A stretch of 63,983 bases of DNA, the filler included, from Vicugna vicugna (Eukaryota): NCBI GenBank assembly GCA_013265495.1. It is 81 parts of 80 records of this genome, joined end to end, with 100 filler letters (N's around TTAATTAATTAA, not from the genome) between each part and the next. Parts side by side here need not be neighbours in the genome. Positions count along the whole stretch, not along the records: positions 61,716 to 62,514 come from MU061592.1; positions 62,615 to 63,461 come from MU061593.1; positions 63,562 to 63,832 come from MU061601.1; positions 63,933 to 63,983 come from MU061684.1; 77 more parts are not named here. One strand, given 5' to 3'. Both the position numbers and the translations under genes were made by a program. Numbering within the stretch: the stretch's first letter is position 1; every line of letters starts with the position of its first letter. The notes under the pieces are model-generated. The model saw only the letters and a list, made by a program, of their open reading frames with translations. It was not told where the DNA came from and did no database searches. Below are positions 62,285 to 63,983 of the stretch, in pieces.

Positions 62285-62445
62285 CATGACCTGCAGCCAG
62301 GGGATTATACATACAGGAACAGGCATGACTTAAAGAACTGTCTACAACCTGAATGGAAATGCCCTTTATCAGGGACTCTTAACTAGACCATACACACCAA
62401 AGCTGAAGGAAACGGACTCTTGGATTCATTTCCTATCAGAAATAG
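62285..62445 (+). mobile_element. Class I ERV pol, integrase C-terminal fragment (decayed)
   Basis: HDLQPGDYTYRNRHDLKNCLQPEWKCP / frameshift / YQGLLTRPYTPKLKETDSWIH matches the gammaretroviral-like QPGD...L.P.WKGPY.VLLT...SWIH motif. Confidence 0.8.
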
Positions 62446-62614
62446 CCCCTGCAATGCACTGGCCTATAGAGCACTGCTCACCTTATATCAACGCCCAAAT
62501 GGAGAAAAAGCTACNNNNNNNNNNNNNNNNNNNNNNNNNNNNNNNNNNNNNNNNNNNNTTAATTAATTAANNNNNNNNNNNNNNNNNNNNNNNNNNNNNN
62601 NNNNNNNNNNNNNN

Positions 62615-63461
62615 TATATTCAGTATTCTGTATTCTATATTCTTAGTTCTGTGTTGTGCTTTCCATGTTTTCAATTCTTGTGTTTGTATTGTGTTTTCCA
62701 TATTCTATATTCTGTGTTCTACATTCTCTGTTCTGTATTCTATATTCTGCATTCCGTATACTTTATTCTATATTCTGTGTTATTCATTCTATATTCTAAA
62801 TATTTATACAGTATTCTGCATTCAATATTCTAAATACTGTGTTCTGCAATCAATGTTCTAAATTCTATATTCTGTATTCTGTATTCTATATTCTAAATTC
62901 TGTGTTCTTCATTCCATTTCTAAATTCTGAGTTCTCTTTTCAGTTTTCCACATTCTATATTCTGTGTTTTGCATTCTATATTCTGTATTGTATATTCTGC
63001 ATGCCGTATTTCATATTCTGTGTTCTACATTCAATATTCCAAATCCTATATTCAGTATTCTGTTTTCTATATTCTAAATTCTGTGTTCTGCATTCGATGT
63101 TCTCAATATTGGATTTTATATCCTCTTTTCTATATTCTAAATTCTGTGTTCTATATTGTATATTCTTNNNNNNNNNNNNNNNNNNNNNNNNNNNNNNNNN
63201 NNNNNNNNNNNNNNNNNNNNNNNNNNNNNNNNNNNNNNNNNNNNNNNNNNNNNNNNNNNNNNNNNNNNNNNNNNNNNNNNNNNNNNNNNNNNNNNNNNNN
63301 NNNNNNNNNNCCGTATTCTATATATTCTGTGTTATACATTCTATATTCTAAATTGTATATTCAGTATTCTGTGTTCTATATTCTAAATTTGTGTTCTGCA
63401 TTCCTATTTTTAAATCCTTTATTCAGTATTATACTTTCTATATTCTAAATTCTGTGTTATG
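62615..63461. repeat. SatC
   Basis: 7-bp TTCT periodicity. Confidence 0.93.
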
Positions 63462-63561
63462 NNNNNNNNNNNNNNNNNNNNNNNNNNNNNNNNNNNNNNN
63501 NNNNNTTAATTAATTAANNNNNNNNNNNNNNNNNNNNNNNNNNNNNNNNNNNNNNNNNNNN

Positions 63562-63832
63562 GGGGGAGATGATGAAGTAAAGAAGAAATTAAAAAATACC
63601 TTGGGAAATATGACAAAACACTACACAAAGTCTCTGGAATACTGTTAAAGCTGGCTTAAGAGGGAAGTTCATAGTGACAAGGCCCTCCTCAAACAAGAGG
63701 TAGAATTTCAAATAAATAATCAATCATTCTATGTAAAGTAATCAAGAAAAGGAGAGCAAACAAAACCAAAAGTCAACAGAAAGACTGAAAATATAAAGAT
63801 CAAGAAGAAATAATTGAAATAGAGTTTAAAAA
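63562..63832 (+). mobile_element. LINE-1 ORF2 fragment (just downstream of the endonuclease domain)
   Basis: GAAATTAAAAAATACC...CTCTGGAATACTGTTAAAGCTGGCTTAAGAGGGAAGTTCATAG (LW..KA.LRGKFI)...GAGCAAACAAAACCAAAAG. Confidence 0.85.
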
Positions 63833-63932
63833 NNNNNNNNNNNNNNNNNNNNNNNNNNNNNNNNNNNNNNNNNNNNTTAATTAATTAANNNNNNNNNNNN
63901 NNNNNNNNNNNNNNNNNNNNNNNNNNNNNNNN

Positions 63933-63983
63933 GAGCAAAGGCATTCCGTTAGAACCCATGCGCAGCCGAACGTTGGTGGAACC
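63933..63983. repeat. SatA fragment
   Basis: GGCATTCCGTTAGAACCCATGCGCAGCCGAACGTTGGTGGAACC. Confidence 0.9.

Noticed and set aside
1004..63888. Regularly recurring TTAATTAATTAA as a CRISPR-like repeat, recombination site or piggyBac TTAA target
   Set aside because: Always centred in exactly 44+44 N; it is an artificial six-frame stop linker.

Overview
This is not contiguous biology. It is a slice of a mammalian 'chrUn'-type pseudo-scaffold: about 81 short unplaced contigs (~0.2-1.4 kb, many with internal N gaps) joined by about 80 identical artificial 100-bp linkers (N44-TTAATTAATTAA-N44, a six-frame stop cassette). Adjacency between contigs means nothing. Cetartiodactyl-type L1 3' ends and a tRNA-derived SINE head resembling the camelid vic-1 SINE suggest a camelid (alpaca/llama/camel) origin; this is inference. 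Roughly half the contigs are satellite DNA in five families, given working names here. SatA is a homogeneous 267-bp GC-rich monomer. SatE has diverged 259-269-bp subunits and is homologous to SatA. SatB is a homogeneous ~249-bp monomer. SatD has three ~247-bp subunit types in a ~740-bp higher-order repeat and is homologous to SatB. SatC is a heptamer-derived ATTCTAT-like satellite with ~125-bp higher-order units. The rest is L1/L2/MIR/SINE/ERV debris, an OR9G-like olfactory receptor pseudogene, a decayed ANO6-like exon, paralogous segmental-duplication fragments, and one contig of plant (grass-like) 25S rRNA that is almost certainly contamination. No intact protein-coding gene, CRISPR array or novel gene system is supported. 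The most interesting signals are the paired satellite superfamilies, a CENP-B-box-like motif, the ANO6 pseudo-exon and the plant contaminant.
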